Positions 31,497 through 41,762 of a stretch of DNA of 64,000 nt are shown piece after piece. The DNA comes from Spirochaetia bacterium (lineage in GTDB: Bacteria > Spirochaetota > Spirochaetia > SZUA-6 > Bin103). The stretch lies in contig CBDAOI010000004.1 of the NCBI GenBank assembly GCA_965198005.1, forward strand, positions 1,280,001 to 1,344,000. Reading direction: 5' to 3'. The notes under the pieces are model-generated. The model did not search any database and was not told the origin of the DNA. It worked only from the letters and a program-made list of their open reading frames with translations. A program made the translations under genes and the position numbers. The first letter of the stretch is position 1, and every line of letters starts with the position of its first letter.

Positions 31497-31823
31497 GGAT
31501 GGTGAACACTCGCAGCAACGGGGTTGACCTCGACCTGACTCGCGCGTGCCTGTCGAGGCGTATGAAAGGGGGCTGCAACGGCCCATGGGGAATCAGGGAA
31601 TCACGACCGCCGCGCCGAGCGGCAAAACTGCTACAGCGCAGTTTCCGCGGCAATGCGCCCCGGTTGCGCGCCGACCGCAGCGCCGGCCTGGCCGCCGCCG
31701 ATGCGGAGGTGAGCCGCCTGCGGCTGCTGCTGGAAGCGGGCGTGCGCCACGACACGATTCGACACGATCATAAGCTTGCCGGAACGCGCTGCGGTTGCTA
31801 CCCTCGGATAAGCGAGCGCACCT

Positions 31824-32549
31824 ATGACCGAAGGCAACGGACACCGCGAACCCGCGACCCCGAAGGAGATCTGGGAGATTCTCCGCGAGGTCTCCGCAGT
31901 GCAGCAGGAGACTGCACGCCGTATGCAGGAGACCGACCGGCGGTTGCAGGAGACTGATCAACTGCTCACGCGGCAGGCACGGGCCGCCGACCGGCGCATG
32001 GACAAGCTGGAGGAGCTGTTCAACGGGCAGTGGGGCAAGCTGATGGAGTTCCTGGTGGAAGGCGACCTCGTAGCACTCCTCCAGCAGCGGGGCATCGCGG
32101 TGCAGCACACGGTATCCAACCCGCGGCAGAACTACGGTGAGCGGCGCTGGGAGTTCGACCTCGTGGCGATCAACGGCGAACAGGTCGTGGTGGTGGAAGT
32201 CAAGACTAGCCTGAGGGTGCCGGACGTCGATCGATTCATCGGGCGGTTGGACGAGTTTCCGGAACTGATGCCCGAGTACGCCGAGCGGCGGATCTACGGG
32301 GCGGTTGCGTATCTGAAGGCATACCAGGAGTCGGAGGTGCGAGCCGAGCGGCTGGGCCTGTTCGTGATTCGCGCCACCGGCAGCAGCGCCAGCATCACCA
32401 ACCGGGAGGGGTTCACGCCGCGCGCGTTCGGTCACCGGAGCCCGGCACCCGGCCGCCAGTCGGACGCTCCGGCGGACGTCAGCGCCCGGCGAGTCGGCCG
32501 TAGGGGTGGACGAGGCCAGGCAGTCATTTGGGGTCACACATGCGCATAG
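31824..32549 (+). CDS. DUF3782-like coiled-coil/PD-(D/E)XK protein, copy 2
   Basis: Near-identical to 26365-27075 with fewer heptads and a different tail. Confidence 0.8.
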   Translation: MTEGNGHREPATPKEIWEILREVSAVQQETARRMQETDRRLQETDQLLTRQARAADRRMDKLEELFNGQWGKLMEFLVEGDLVALLQQRGIAVQHTVSNPRQNYGERRWEFDLVAINGEQVVVVEVKTSLRVPDVDRFIGRLDEFPELMPEYAERRIYGAVAYLKAYQESEVRAERLGLFVIRATGSSASITNREGFTPRAFGHRSPAPGRQSDAPADVSARRVGRRGGRGQAVIWGHTCA

Positions 32550-32577
32550 CTACATGTGCATAGCTGCGTCTCAACTC

Positions 32578-33131
32578 GGAGGGCTTTAGGTGACCTACAA
32601 CAAGTTAACGCTTACCCCCCCCCCCCCCGCCCACTTTTCTAACCGAGAAACAACTAACCGCTCCGGCTGATCGCCCCGTACGTGCCCCCGCGCACGCCGT
32701 CGCCTTCAGCACCGGGGTAGCGGCCGGCTACGACCGCAACGGTCCTGGATCCCCGCCCCCCAACTCACCCTCACAGAACCGACCGCCCACGTCGCCGGTC
32801 AACCACATTCGTTGCTCGGCCGACTACCGCCCCGCGTGGCGTTGTGACGCAGGTCCCGACGTCCGCCGAGCGGTGGGCGTTTGCATGATGGGCCGCGCAC
32901 GCGGATCCCATCTTACGTCAGCCATCTGGCAGGGCACCCTGTGCCCCAGGAAGGAGGTGAAGATGATACTGAAAGAGCCGGAGGCGCGCGCGGCGTGAGC
33001 CGGGGTGAACCCGGATGAGTCACACGCCGCGCGCTTCACAAATTGACTCAGACTGGCCGCCTGCGTTGCGTGTGGCCAGGGAGCGTTGATCCGCTCCGCA
33101 ATATCTGGAAACAACATTCAAGGAAGAAACG
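32578..33131 (+). promoter_or_regulatory. SBP leader type A, copy 2 (C14 tract at 32615-32628; peptide MILKEPEARAA at 32963-32998)
   Basis: Homology to the other copies; SD GGAGG plus GTG at 32590. Confidence 0.75.
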
Positions 33132-34932
33132 ATGAAGATATTTTTTACAAGGACCTTCGCGATTGCGTTGGTCCTGATTCTGACCGCAACCGGCCTCTGG
33201 GCTGGCGGTGGCACGGAAGAGGAGCCGGCAGCGGCGATGGAGAAGGAAATGGTGCTCGACCCGACCACCGGCAAGATGGTCGTCGCGCCCCAGTATGGCG
33301 GCACACTGACACGCGCCAAAAATGCTGATTGCGAAGGTACTGACATCTGGATAACCAGATGTGGAAATATCACAGCCGGTGGCGTCGTGGAGAAGCTGGG
33401 CATCGCGGACTGGGCAACGCCCAGGGACGAATACGACTTCCACAGACTCCAAGCTCCAGCCCACACGATAGGGAGTCTGGCGGAAAGCTGGTCGCAGCCC
33501 GACCCACTGACCTATATCGTCAAAGTCCGCCAGGGCGTTCACTGGCATAATAAGCCGCCGATGAACGGTCGGGAGCTGACTGCCCAAGATGTGGAATATA
33601 GCTTTCAGCGTATCTTGGGACTTGGCAGCGGTTTCACCGAACCTGCCGAAATTGTTTCATTCGATAAGTGGTCAGGTGTGAAAGTGGAATCGATAACGGC
33701 CACCGACAAATGGACGGTTGAGTTTAAGCTGAAGGAGCAAAACCTCCGTGCGCTGGCTGCTATCCTCAACGATGAGAGCGGTGGTATATACCCCCCCGAA
33801 GTGATCAAGGAACACGGAGACGCTAACGACTGGAGGAACCTGGTCGGCACCGGGCCCTTCATGCTGACCGACCGGGTCCAGGGCAGCTCTTTGACCTGGG
33901 ACAAGAATCCTGACTACTGGGGCTACGACGAAAAATACCCGGAGAACCGGTTGCCCTATACTGACCAGCTGAGGGCCCTGATCATGCCCGAACCGGCGAC
34001 ACGTCTGGCAGCCCTGCGCTCGGGCAAGATTGATTACGTAGGTATTATCGGCACGACTTACCTCCAGTCTTTCGAGCAGGTAGAAAGCCTCCTGAAGACC
34101 AACCCCGATGTCCGGATATGGCCGGCTTCCCCTAATTCTAATAATAGTATGGGCATGAACATTCAGTTGCCGCCCTTCGACGACATCAGGGTGCGCAAGG
34201 CACTGCAGATGGCACTAAACCTCGAAGAAACTAACGAGGCAATGTATGGTGGCTTTGCTGACATAATACCTCAGGGGCAGCTAAGTCGGCATATGACACA
34301 AGCAGTCATCCAATTCGAAGACTGGCCCGAAGAGGTCAAGAAGGTTTTTGACTACGATCCGGATGGTGCCGAAGCGTTGCTTGATGAGGCTGGTTATCCG
34401 CGCGATGCCGACGGCATCAGATTTAAGACCGACCTCATGCAGCTCGACCGGTACACTACGGACTTTATGGAATTGGCCGTTTCATACTGGAAAAAGATCG
34501 GCGTCGATGTAGAGATTGAGGTAGAGGAAGGGGCGGCGTTTGGCCCTAGACGAACATCGAGAGATTATAGAATGATGCAAACGGACTCGGCCGCGAAAGT
34601 GTCCGCATTGGGATGGGCCGGCGGGATGCGCTTCTTGCCGGAAACACAATGGAACACCTCCAATACCGACGACCCGTGGTATAACGCCAAGTTTGAGGAG
34701 AAGAGAGCCGCTACCACTATGGAGGAAGTCAACAGGATAACTAAGGAGCTTAATCAGTATGCGATAGAGCAGTTCTGGTCGCTCTTTGGTCCTGTCGCCC
34801 CATTCTATTACGTGAGCCAGCCGTGGATCATAGGCTATAACGGTGAAGGAGATATGGGAAATGGTCATTTTCAACCAAGTCTTCGCCAGGCTCTGGATTG
34901 ATAGTGAGCTGAAGGAAGCCATGGGCTTCTAG
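33132..34932 (+). CDS. ABC substrate-binding protein, family 5 (SBP3), with a frameshift near the 3' end
   Basis: ORF stops at 34901; the conserved tail FARLWIDSELKEAMGF* continues in another frame to 34932; extra T in the run at 34868-34871. Confidence 0.9.
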
Positions 34933-34960
34933 ATTTCAAACCCCTTGTGGGCTGGGAACA

Positions 34961-34992
34961 GGCCCCGCAAAATCTCCGATTTTGCGGGGTCC
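34961..34992 (+). terminator. Intergenic stem-loop
   Basis: CCCCGCAAAATC-TCC-GATTTTGCGGGG. Confidence 0.6.
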
Positions 34993-35068
34993 CAGTGAGG
35001 GCTCTGTATTCTCGCTTTCGGTGGGGGTAGTGGACGTCTGAGCTCGCAATGAAGAGGCGTAGTGTTAC

Positions 35069-36082
35069 ATGAGAGCCTATATCATCAGACGGTTTATGCT
35101 GATAATCCCCACGCTGTTGATATTGACCATCCTGGTCTTTCTCTCGGTCCGCTTCATCCCGGGCGATGCAATAGACGCAATGTTAGTCAATATGGTGGGC
35201 GACCTGGGATACTATGGGCCCGGGGAGGCGCCCCGTGAAGCTCTCGAGCGTCGGCTGGGATTAGACGTGCCTGTCTACGTGCAGTATGGACGTTGGATCG
35301 GAGTGCTGCCGACCCCTGACTGGGTTACGGGCGAGTCCCACCCGAGAGGTCTCCTCCAGGGCACCCTTGGCACGTCACTATGGGGCGCCTGGGCGGTAGG
35401 GGAGAGAATATTGGAGAGATTGCCGGTAACCATTGAGCTTGGTTTCCTGGCAATGCTCATCGGGCTGGTGCTAGCGGTCCCCGTCGGCATCTTTTCGGCG
35501 ATTCGCCAAGATACGGTGGCCGACTACGCGGGGCGCTCCGTCGCCATCCTTGGCCTGGCAACGCCTAACTTCTGGCTGGGAATCATGGTCATGCTCTACC
35601 CGGCAATCTGGTGGGGCTGGTCGCCGCCGCTGGAGCTGATTCCTTTTGCCGAAGATCCGCTAGGCAATCTCGGGGTGTTTATCATTCCGAGCCTGATTCT
35701 GGGGACCGCCATGGCCGCAGCCACGATGCGGCTGACGCGCACCATGATGCTGGAGGTGCTCCGCCAGGACTACATCAGAACCGCCTGGTCCAAGGGTCTC
35801 AGGGAGAGGGCGGTCGTGATGAGACACGCCGTCAAGAATGCACTCATCCCGGTGGTTACGTTGATAGGCCTGCAGTTGCCTCTCCTGGTAGGCGGCTCGG
35901 TGATCATGGAGAATATATTCAACCTGCCGGGGCTGGGTCGTCTCATGGTGACTGCACTCCAGGGCAGAGACTACCCGGTCGTCTCGGGAGTAAATCTGGT
36001 TTTCGCCGCTGCGGTTGTGGGGTTCAATCTCATTACCGACCTGGTATATGCTGTCTTGGACCCCAGGGTCCGGTATGAATAA
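35069..36082 (+). CDS. OppB/DppB-like ABC permease with VLPTPDW insertion
   Basis: Full motif set. Confidence 0.95.
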   Translation: MRAYIIRRFMLIIPTLLILTILVFLSVRFIPGDAIDAMLVNMVGDLGYYGPGEAPREALERRLGLDVPVYVQYGRWIGVLPTPDWVTGESHPRGLLQGTLGTSLWGAWAVGERILERLPVTIELGFLAMLIGLVLAVPVGIFSAIRQDTVADYAGRSVAILGLATPNFWLGIMVMLYPAIWWGWSPPLELIPFAEDPLGNLGVFIIPSLILGTAMAAATMRLTRTMMLEVLRQDYIRTAWSKGLRERAVVMRHAVKNALIPVVTLIGLQLPLLVGGSVIMENIFNLPGLGRLMVTALQGRDYPVVSGVNLVFAAAVVGFNLITDLVYAVLDPRVRYE

Positions 36083-36993
36083 TGAGTGACCGCGTGGGCA
36101 TCCCGGAAAGTCACGGGCCGGCGAATGTACTAAAGAGGCTTTGGAAGGAGAAGCCATTTGGTATTATCTCCGGCGTTATCGTCCTGCTATTGATTCTTAT
36201 AGCTATTTTCGCCGATTTCCTGGCTCCTTTTGCACCTGATGAAGTATTCATTGTGGACAGGCTGCAGGGATCTTCAGCAAGGTACCTGTTGGGTACCGAC
36301 CAGTTGGGGCGAGATCTATTTAGCCGGCTTGTCTACGGGGGGCGTATTTCGTTGTTCGTCGGCCTGTCGGCGACCGCTATCAATGTTGTGGTTGCTGTCC
36401 TGATAGGCGGCATTTCAGGATTCCTTGGCGGCAAGTTGGACCTGGCTGTGCAGAGGGTTGTCGATGCCTGGATGGCGTTCCCGGGACTGCTCCTATTGTT
36501 GACCATAATGTCGGTCGTGGGGCGAGGTCTGCCTCAAATCATCGTGGTCTTGGGGATAGCAGGCGGCGTCGGCAGCTCGAGAGTCATCAGAGGCGCGGTC
36601 ATCGGCATCAAGGAAAACGACTATTTGCGCGCGGCAATGGCAACTGGCAGCTCAAAGATGAGGTCGCTTATCCGGCATGTCCTGCCTAATATCATGCCTG
36701 TCGTGATCATCATATTCAGCATCAACATCGGGGGGGTGATTATCACCGAGGCATCCTTAAGCTTCCTGGGATTCGGTCTGCCACTCTCGGTTCCCAGCTG
36801 GGGCGGGATGCTCAGCCGGGAGGGGCGGAGGTTCATGGAGCAGGCGCCGTGGCTGGCGCTGTGGCCTGGGCTGTGCCTGACTGCTGTCGTCTACTGTCTA
36901 AACATGTTCGGCGACGCGGTGCGGGACCTGCTCGACCCGAGGCTGCGGGGTGGTGGGGGTCGTCTCGGGGCCGCTGGCGCCAGGTCGGTTTAA
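36082..36993 (+). CDS. OppC/DppC-like ABC permease
   Basis: Full motif set; overlaps the oppB stop. Confidence 0.95.
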   Translation: MSDRVGIPESHGPANVLKRLWKEKPFGIISGVIVLLLILIAIFADFLAPFAPDEVFIVDRLQGSSARYLLGTDQLGRDLFSRLVYGGRISLFVGLSATAINVVVAVLIGGISGFLGGKLDLAVQRVVDAWMAFPGLLLLLTIMSVVGRGLPQIIVVLGIAGGVGSSRVIRGAVIGIKENDYLRAAMATGSSKMRSLIRHVLPNIMPVVIIIFSINIGGVIITEASLSFLGFGLPLSVPSWGGMLSREGRRFMEQAPWLALWPGLCLTAVVYCLNMFGDAVRDLLDPRLRGGGGRLGAAGARSV

Positions 36994-37019
36994 GGAGAGC
37001 GCGCCTGCGGCGGCCTGGG

Positions 37020-37130
37020 AGCCACGCGCCGGGCGGCCGTCCAGCCCAGTCAGCAAGGCGAGGTGCGACTACGCCGGCGACAGGCTGGCCATCGTCGATC
37101 CGGACAACGGCGCACCCGCGATCCGCGCAC
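37020..37130 (+). mobile_element. Possible IS21 istA fragment
   Basis: HAPG...DYAGDRLAIVDPDNG resembles the IstA H.PG...DYAG...VDP.TG segment. Confidence 0.45.
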
Positions 37131-37206
37131 CAAGGTCAAGCTGCTGTACGACGAGCTCCGTGGTACGGTCGCACCGTAGAGCCATGAGCTGCCAGATTTC
37201 TTCGAC

Positions 37207-39087
37207 CAGCAATTCTCGGTGAACAAAAATTGAGAGGGTCGGCGTGGGGGGCAATGGCGGGCGGGACGGCACGTAAGTGGTCGTATAGGTCATGAGTATG
37301 TAATAAGTTGCCTATCGTCTGGACAAATCATCTCAGGGTTGTCATGCTCTCTCCTATGGCAAGAGGTCGCCGCAGAGGTCCATTTTTGCTTCGTTTTCGT
37401 GCGCTCCTGGTCTCCTTGAACCTGCACGCCGCCAAGGTCGTCGATACGCGCCAAGCCAGCAAGGTCCGGTACTCCCTGCAGGATTGCTACGTGTGTGCTT
37501 TCGCCTTGTTTACCTTCAAGACCCTTCCGTGCTGGAGTTCCAACGCCGCTTCCAGGACCAACTCCGCACCAACAACCTCAACTCTACGTTTGGCGTCGCT
37601 CGGATCCCTGCCGACTCCCAGTTCCGCGATCTGCTCGACAGCCATGACTATGAACCGCTGCTCGGCTGCTTCGGCGACTGGATAGGGCGCATGCAGGACG
37701 CCAAATGGCTGCAGCACTATCAGTTCCTCGACGGTCGCTACCTCATCACCATGGACGGCTCCCAGTACTTCAGCTCGTACCAGGTGAACTGTGAGTGCTG
37801 TCTGACCGCCACCAACAACGGCACCGTACGCTACCACCACGACATCCTGCAGACCGCCATCGTCCACCCCGACAAGCGGCAGGTGCTGCCGTTGGCTCCC
37901 GGTTCATTCACAACGCCGATGACTCTGGCGCCAAGAGCGCCAAACGCCGCAAGCAGGACTGTGAAATAAAAGCCGGCTACCGTGCCGTGCAGCGCATCCG
38001 TAACGACCATCCCCGGCTGGCTGCGGTGATCGTCGCCGATAGTCCGTGCTCCAAGCAACCGTTCATCGAACAGGTGCGCGCCGCCCGCTTCTCGTTTCTG
38101 CTGGTGGCCAAGCCGGAGGATCACACCAAGCCTGTACCAGGATCTCAACGGGTTGCGCCGCGGTCGGCTGCTGGACCACCGCTGCACCATCGACGCGACC
38201 GGGGACCGGCATGAATACGAGTGGGTTACCGGGGTGCCGCTGAACGGCAACCCCCGCAGTCCCCAGATCAACTTCGTGCACTACCGCATCGTACGGGCCG
38301 GCACGACCACCTATCGAAACGCCTGGGTGACCGACTTGGTACCCACCGCTGGCAGCGTCGCGCGGATCGTGCGTGCGGGACGGGCACGCTGGAAGATCGA
38401 GAACGAGGGGTTCAATACGCTGAAGAACCAGGGCTATCACCTGGAGCACAACTTCGGCCACGGTGACAAGTACCTGTCGGAGGCGTTCTTCCTACTCAAC
38501 CTGCTGGCCTATTTCATGCACCAGATATTCGAGCTGGTGGACGGTCTGTATCAGCAGGTGCGGGCTGGGTTCGGGTCGCGCCGGGAGTTCTGGGGCGCGG
38601 TCCGTGCCACGTTCCGGCTATTCCTGTTCCCGTCGTGGGACCAGGTGCTGGTGCGGATGAACTCGCCGCCGCAGCCGCTGTCCGGGTAGCCGCTCCCTGG
38701 AGAACTGAACCTGCTCCCTGAACGATCCCTGACTGGGGCCGCGGCGCAGGTGTGCCGGCCGCGGCTGAGCACCGCCCCCGAAGGCCGATCGCCGCACCGC
38801 GCCAGCCCGCGGCATCGGCCGAGCGGCGGTGGCTGACGGTGGTCAGGTCATCGCACCGGGCTGGCGTGACGGTGGCTAAATACGTCACCTGCAATCAGTT
38901 ATAGAAGTTCGGCCGGGTCGGGCCGGGTCGGGCCGTCCGGTGCTTGCCTTTCACGGGAGGAATGGGTATTATTGGGTCGTGCATTCACGCGGTGGGCCAA
39001 CAGGTGGGGCATGGTCGCATTTCACATACGGAGGGCTTGAGCTTATGACACTCTGCCCCTCTACCAGCCGTTCACCGAGAATTGCTG
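37207..39087 (+). mobile_element. Insertion sequence (DDE, ISNCY/IS4-like), 1881 bp
   Basis: Perfect 18-bp TIR CAGCAATTCTCGGTGAAC (37207-37224 / 39070-39087); 9-bp TSD TTCTTCGAC (37198-37206 / 39088-39096). Confidence 0.92.
37356..38689 (+). pseudogene. DDE transposase with about three frameshifts
   Basis: ITMDGSQYFSS, KQDCE, VIVAD, GRARWKIENEGFNTLKNQGYHLEHNFGHG spread over several frames. Confidence 0.88.
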
Positions 39088-39220
39088 TTCTTCGACGCAG
39101 GTGGTTGACGCGAGTGGCGGGTCCGTGGCACGGTCGCACCGTAGGGCCATGAGCTGCCAGATTTCTTCGACGCAGGTGGTTGACGCGAGTCGTGGGTCCG
39201 TGGTACGGTCGCACCGTAGA

Positions 39221-39856
39221 GTCATGCATGGCCCTGTAGGCCCCCACAACAAGTTAGCGCTTATGCCCCCCCCACCACTTGTTCGAACAGAGAAACAACT
39301 AAGCGCTCCGGCTGATCGCCCCGTACGCGACCCCGCGCACGCGGTCGCCTTCACCACCGCCGTAGCTGTCGGTGGCTCCGCCTCGGTCCGTCGCCGAACC
39401 GGGATGCGGGCCGCCCGCGCCCTTCACGGCGACCGCAACGGTCCTGGATCCCCGCCCACCAACGCACCGTCACAGAACCGACCGCCGACGTCGCCGGTCA
39501 ACCACATGCGTTGCTCGGCCGAGCACCGCCCCGCGTGGCGTTGTGACGCAGGTCCCGACGTCCGCCGAGCGGTGGGCGTTTGTCTTATGGGGCGCGCACG
39601 CGGATCCCATCTTACGTCTGGCATCTGGCAGGGCACCCTGTGCCCCAGCACCCTGTGCCCCAAGAAGGAGGTGAAGATGATACTGAAAGAACCGCACGCG
39701 CGCGCGGCGTGAGCCGGGGTGAACCCGCTGAGTCACACGCCGCGCGCTCTTAGTGAATTTGACTCAGACTGGCCGTCCGCGTTGCGGGCCCGAGCGTAGC
39801 CAGGGAGCGCAAGTCGCTCCGCAATACTCTCGAAAAATCTACATACGGAGGAACGT
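39221..39856 (+). promoter_or_regulatory. SBP leader type A, copy 3 (C8 tract; peptide MILKEPHARAA at 39677-39712)
   Basis: Homology to the other copies; SD AAGGAGGTG. Confidence 0.75.
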
Positions 39857-41686
39857 ATGAACATTACAAAAACTGCAATCACCTTCGCGTTTGCGTTGGT
39901 CCTCGTAATGACCGCAACCGGCCTCTGGGCCGCCGGCGGCAGCGACAGCGACGACTCGGCAGCCGCTGCCGAGAAGGAAATGGTGCTCGACCCCACGACC
40001 GGGGAGATGGTGTCCGCGCCACAGTATGGCGGGACACTCACGTGGGCCGCTGTGAGTCATGCTCCGAATACTGACCCGTGGCACGTTGGTGGCTGGGCGC
40101 CTCACTTCATCAGTGGCGTTAACGAGGCGCTAGCCTTCACCGACTGGGCAACATCCAGGGATAAATTTAACTTCGCATTCTGGGAACGACCGCACGAGAC
40201 CACTAGAGGGAATCTGGCTGAAAGCTGGTCAATGCCCGACGATACAACGATGATCTTCCACATCCGCCAGGGTGTTCACTTCGCTCTTGATCCAGACAGT
40301 GAGGCCAGCCGCCTGGTAGATGGTCGGGAGCTCGATGCTTCTGACATCGAATGGAACTATCACCGTATGTTGGGTCTGGGCGATTTCAGCGAAGCCGAAC
40401 CTAGCGGCCAAAGGGGCGGTACCACTATGGGGATAGAGGTCGAATCGGTAACGGCCACCGACAAATGGACGGTTGAGATTAAGCTGACGAAGCCTCAACT
40501 CAATGCGGAGTATAAAATATTAAACCCCTGGGTCATTTTGGGGTTGCCTCGCGAGGTAGTCGAGAAATACGGAGACTATAGGGACTGGAGGAACGTGGTC
40601 GGCACCGGGCCCCTGAGGCTGACTGAATATGTCGAAGGCGTCTCTATTACCTGGGAGAAGAATCCTGACTACTGGGGCTACGACGAAAAATTCCCGCAGA
40701 ACCGCCTGCCCTATATTGACGAGTACAGGTCCCTGCTGATGAAAGAACCAGCAGCACGCGTGGCGGCACTGCGCACGGGCAAGGTTGATATGATGGGTAA
40801 CGCCGGAGACGCTAATATAGCCAATGTCGAAAATCTGCTGACCATCCAGCGGACCAACCCTGAAATCGATGTGTGGCCCGTTTATGGTATGGGAACTGCG
40901 CAGTTTGTTTTTAACTTGGCTTTGCCGCCCACTTCCGACCTCGATGTGCGCAAGGCACTGAATATGGCAGTGGACCGCGAGACAGTTTCCGCTACCTTCA
41001 AGGGTTGGGGAGATCCAGAACCTATTGGGTTAATGCTGCCCGTGGAAGGGTGGAGCTGGCCCTATGATGAGTGGCCCGAAGACGTCAAGCAAGACTATAC
41101 CTATAACCCGGAAAGGGCCGAGGAGCTCCTTGATGCGGCTGGATACAAGCGCGGCGCAAACGGCTATCGATTCAAGATCATGTTAGGCCATTACGACAGG
41201 TGGGATACGTCCTATTCAGAACTCGTCGGGGGGTACTTGGATGCCATTGGCGTTGACAGCGAGCTTGTTGTGAAGACTTTCCCTGAGGCTAGCGCTGAGA
41301 CTCATGCGCCCACGTCCCGGTTTGCGGCAATGAATACTAATCATGGGTACGCCGGCGGTACGCTTGTCGCACTAGAAAGGCAAATCCAAGAGGTTGGTGG
41401 CTGGAGCTACACCAAAGTGAATGACCCCCGTCTGGTCGCCCTGTATGAAAGCGGCAAAGATTCTCTCGACATGGAGGAGATAAAGAGTATTTCTCGACAG
41501 ACCGATGAGATCTTTGTAAGGGAGCACTTCGGCCTAGCCAAAACCCGAGTCCCGCAGTTTAGCGTGAGCCAACCGTGGGTCATAGGTTATAGCGGTGAAT
41601 GGAATATGGGGAAGAATCAACGTAATACCTTGTTTGCCCGCCTGTGGATTGATAGTGAGCTGAAGGCAGCAATGATGGGAAATTAG
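39857..41686 (+). CDS. ABC substrate-binding protein, family 5 (SBP4)
   Basis: Full motif set. Confidence 0.95.
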   Translation: MNITKTAITFAFALVLVMTATGLWAAGGSDSDDSAAAAEKEMVLDPTTGEMVSAPQYGGTLTWAAVSHAPNTDPWHVGGWAPHFISGVNEALAFTDWATSRDKFNFAFWERPHETTRGNLAESWSMPDDTTMIFHIRQGVHFALDPDSEASRLVDGRELDASDIEWNYHRMLGLGDFSEAEPSGQRGGTTMGIEVESVTATDKWTVEIKLTKPQLNAEYKILNPWVILGLPREVVEKYGDYRDWRNVVGTGPLRLTEYVEGVSITWEKNPDYWGYDEKFPQNRLPYIDEYRSLLMKEPAARVAALRTGKVDMMGNAGDANIANVENLLTIQRTNPEIDVWPVYGMGTAQFVFNLALPPTSDLDVRKALNMAVDRETVSATFKGWGDPEPIGLMLPVEGWSWPYDEWPEDVKQDYTYNPERAEELLDAAGYKRGANGYRFKIMLGHYDRWDTSYSELVGGYLDAIGVDSELVVKTFPEASAETHAPTSRFAAMNTNHGYAGGTLVALERQIQEVGGWSYTKVNDPRLVALYESGKDSLDMEEIKSISRQTDEIFVREHFGLAKTRVPQFSVSQPWVIGYSGEWNMGKNQRNTLFARLWIDSELKAAMMGN

Positions 41687-41762
41687 CAGTATATTCCTGT
41701 GGAGCTGGGTGGCGGCCGCTTGTGAGCGCGCTTCCCAGCTCCCATACTTGGGGCACTAACAC

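Larger units (their letters stand above)
37157..39230 (+). repeat. 75-bp tandem repeat (~2.5 units) interrupted by an IS
   Basis: Units at 37157-37206 and 39088-39230 (period 75); same unit at 44884-45000. Confidence 0.85.

Noticed and set aside
39088-39230. CRISPR array
   Set aside because: The 75-bp units are contiguous with no unique spacers, and no cas genes are present
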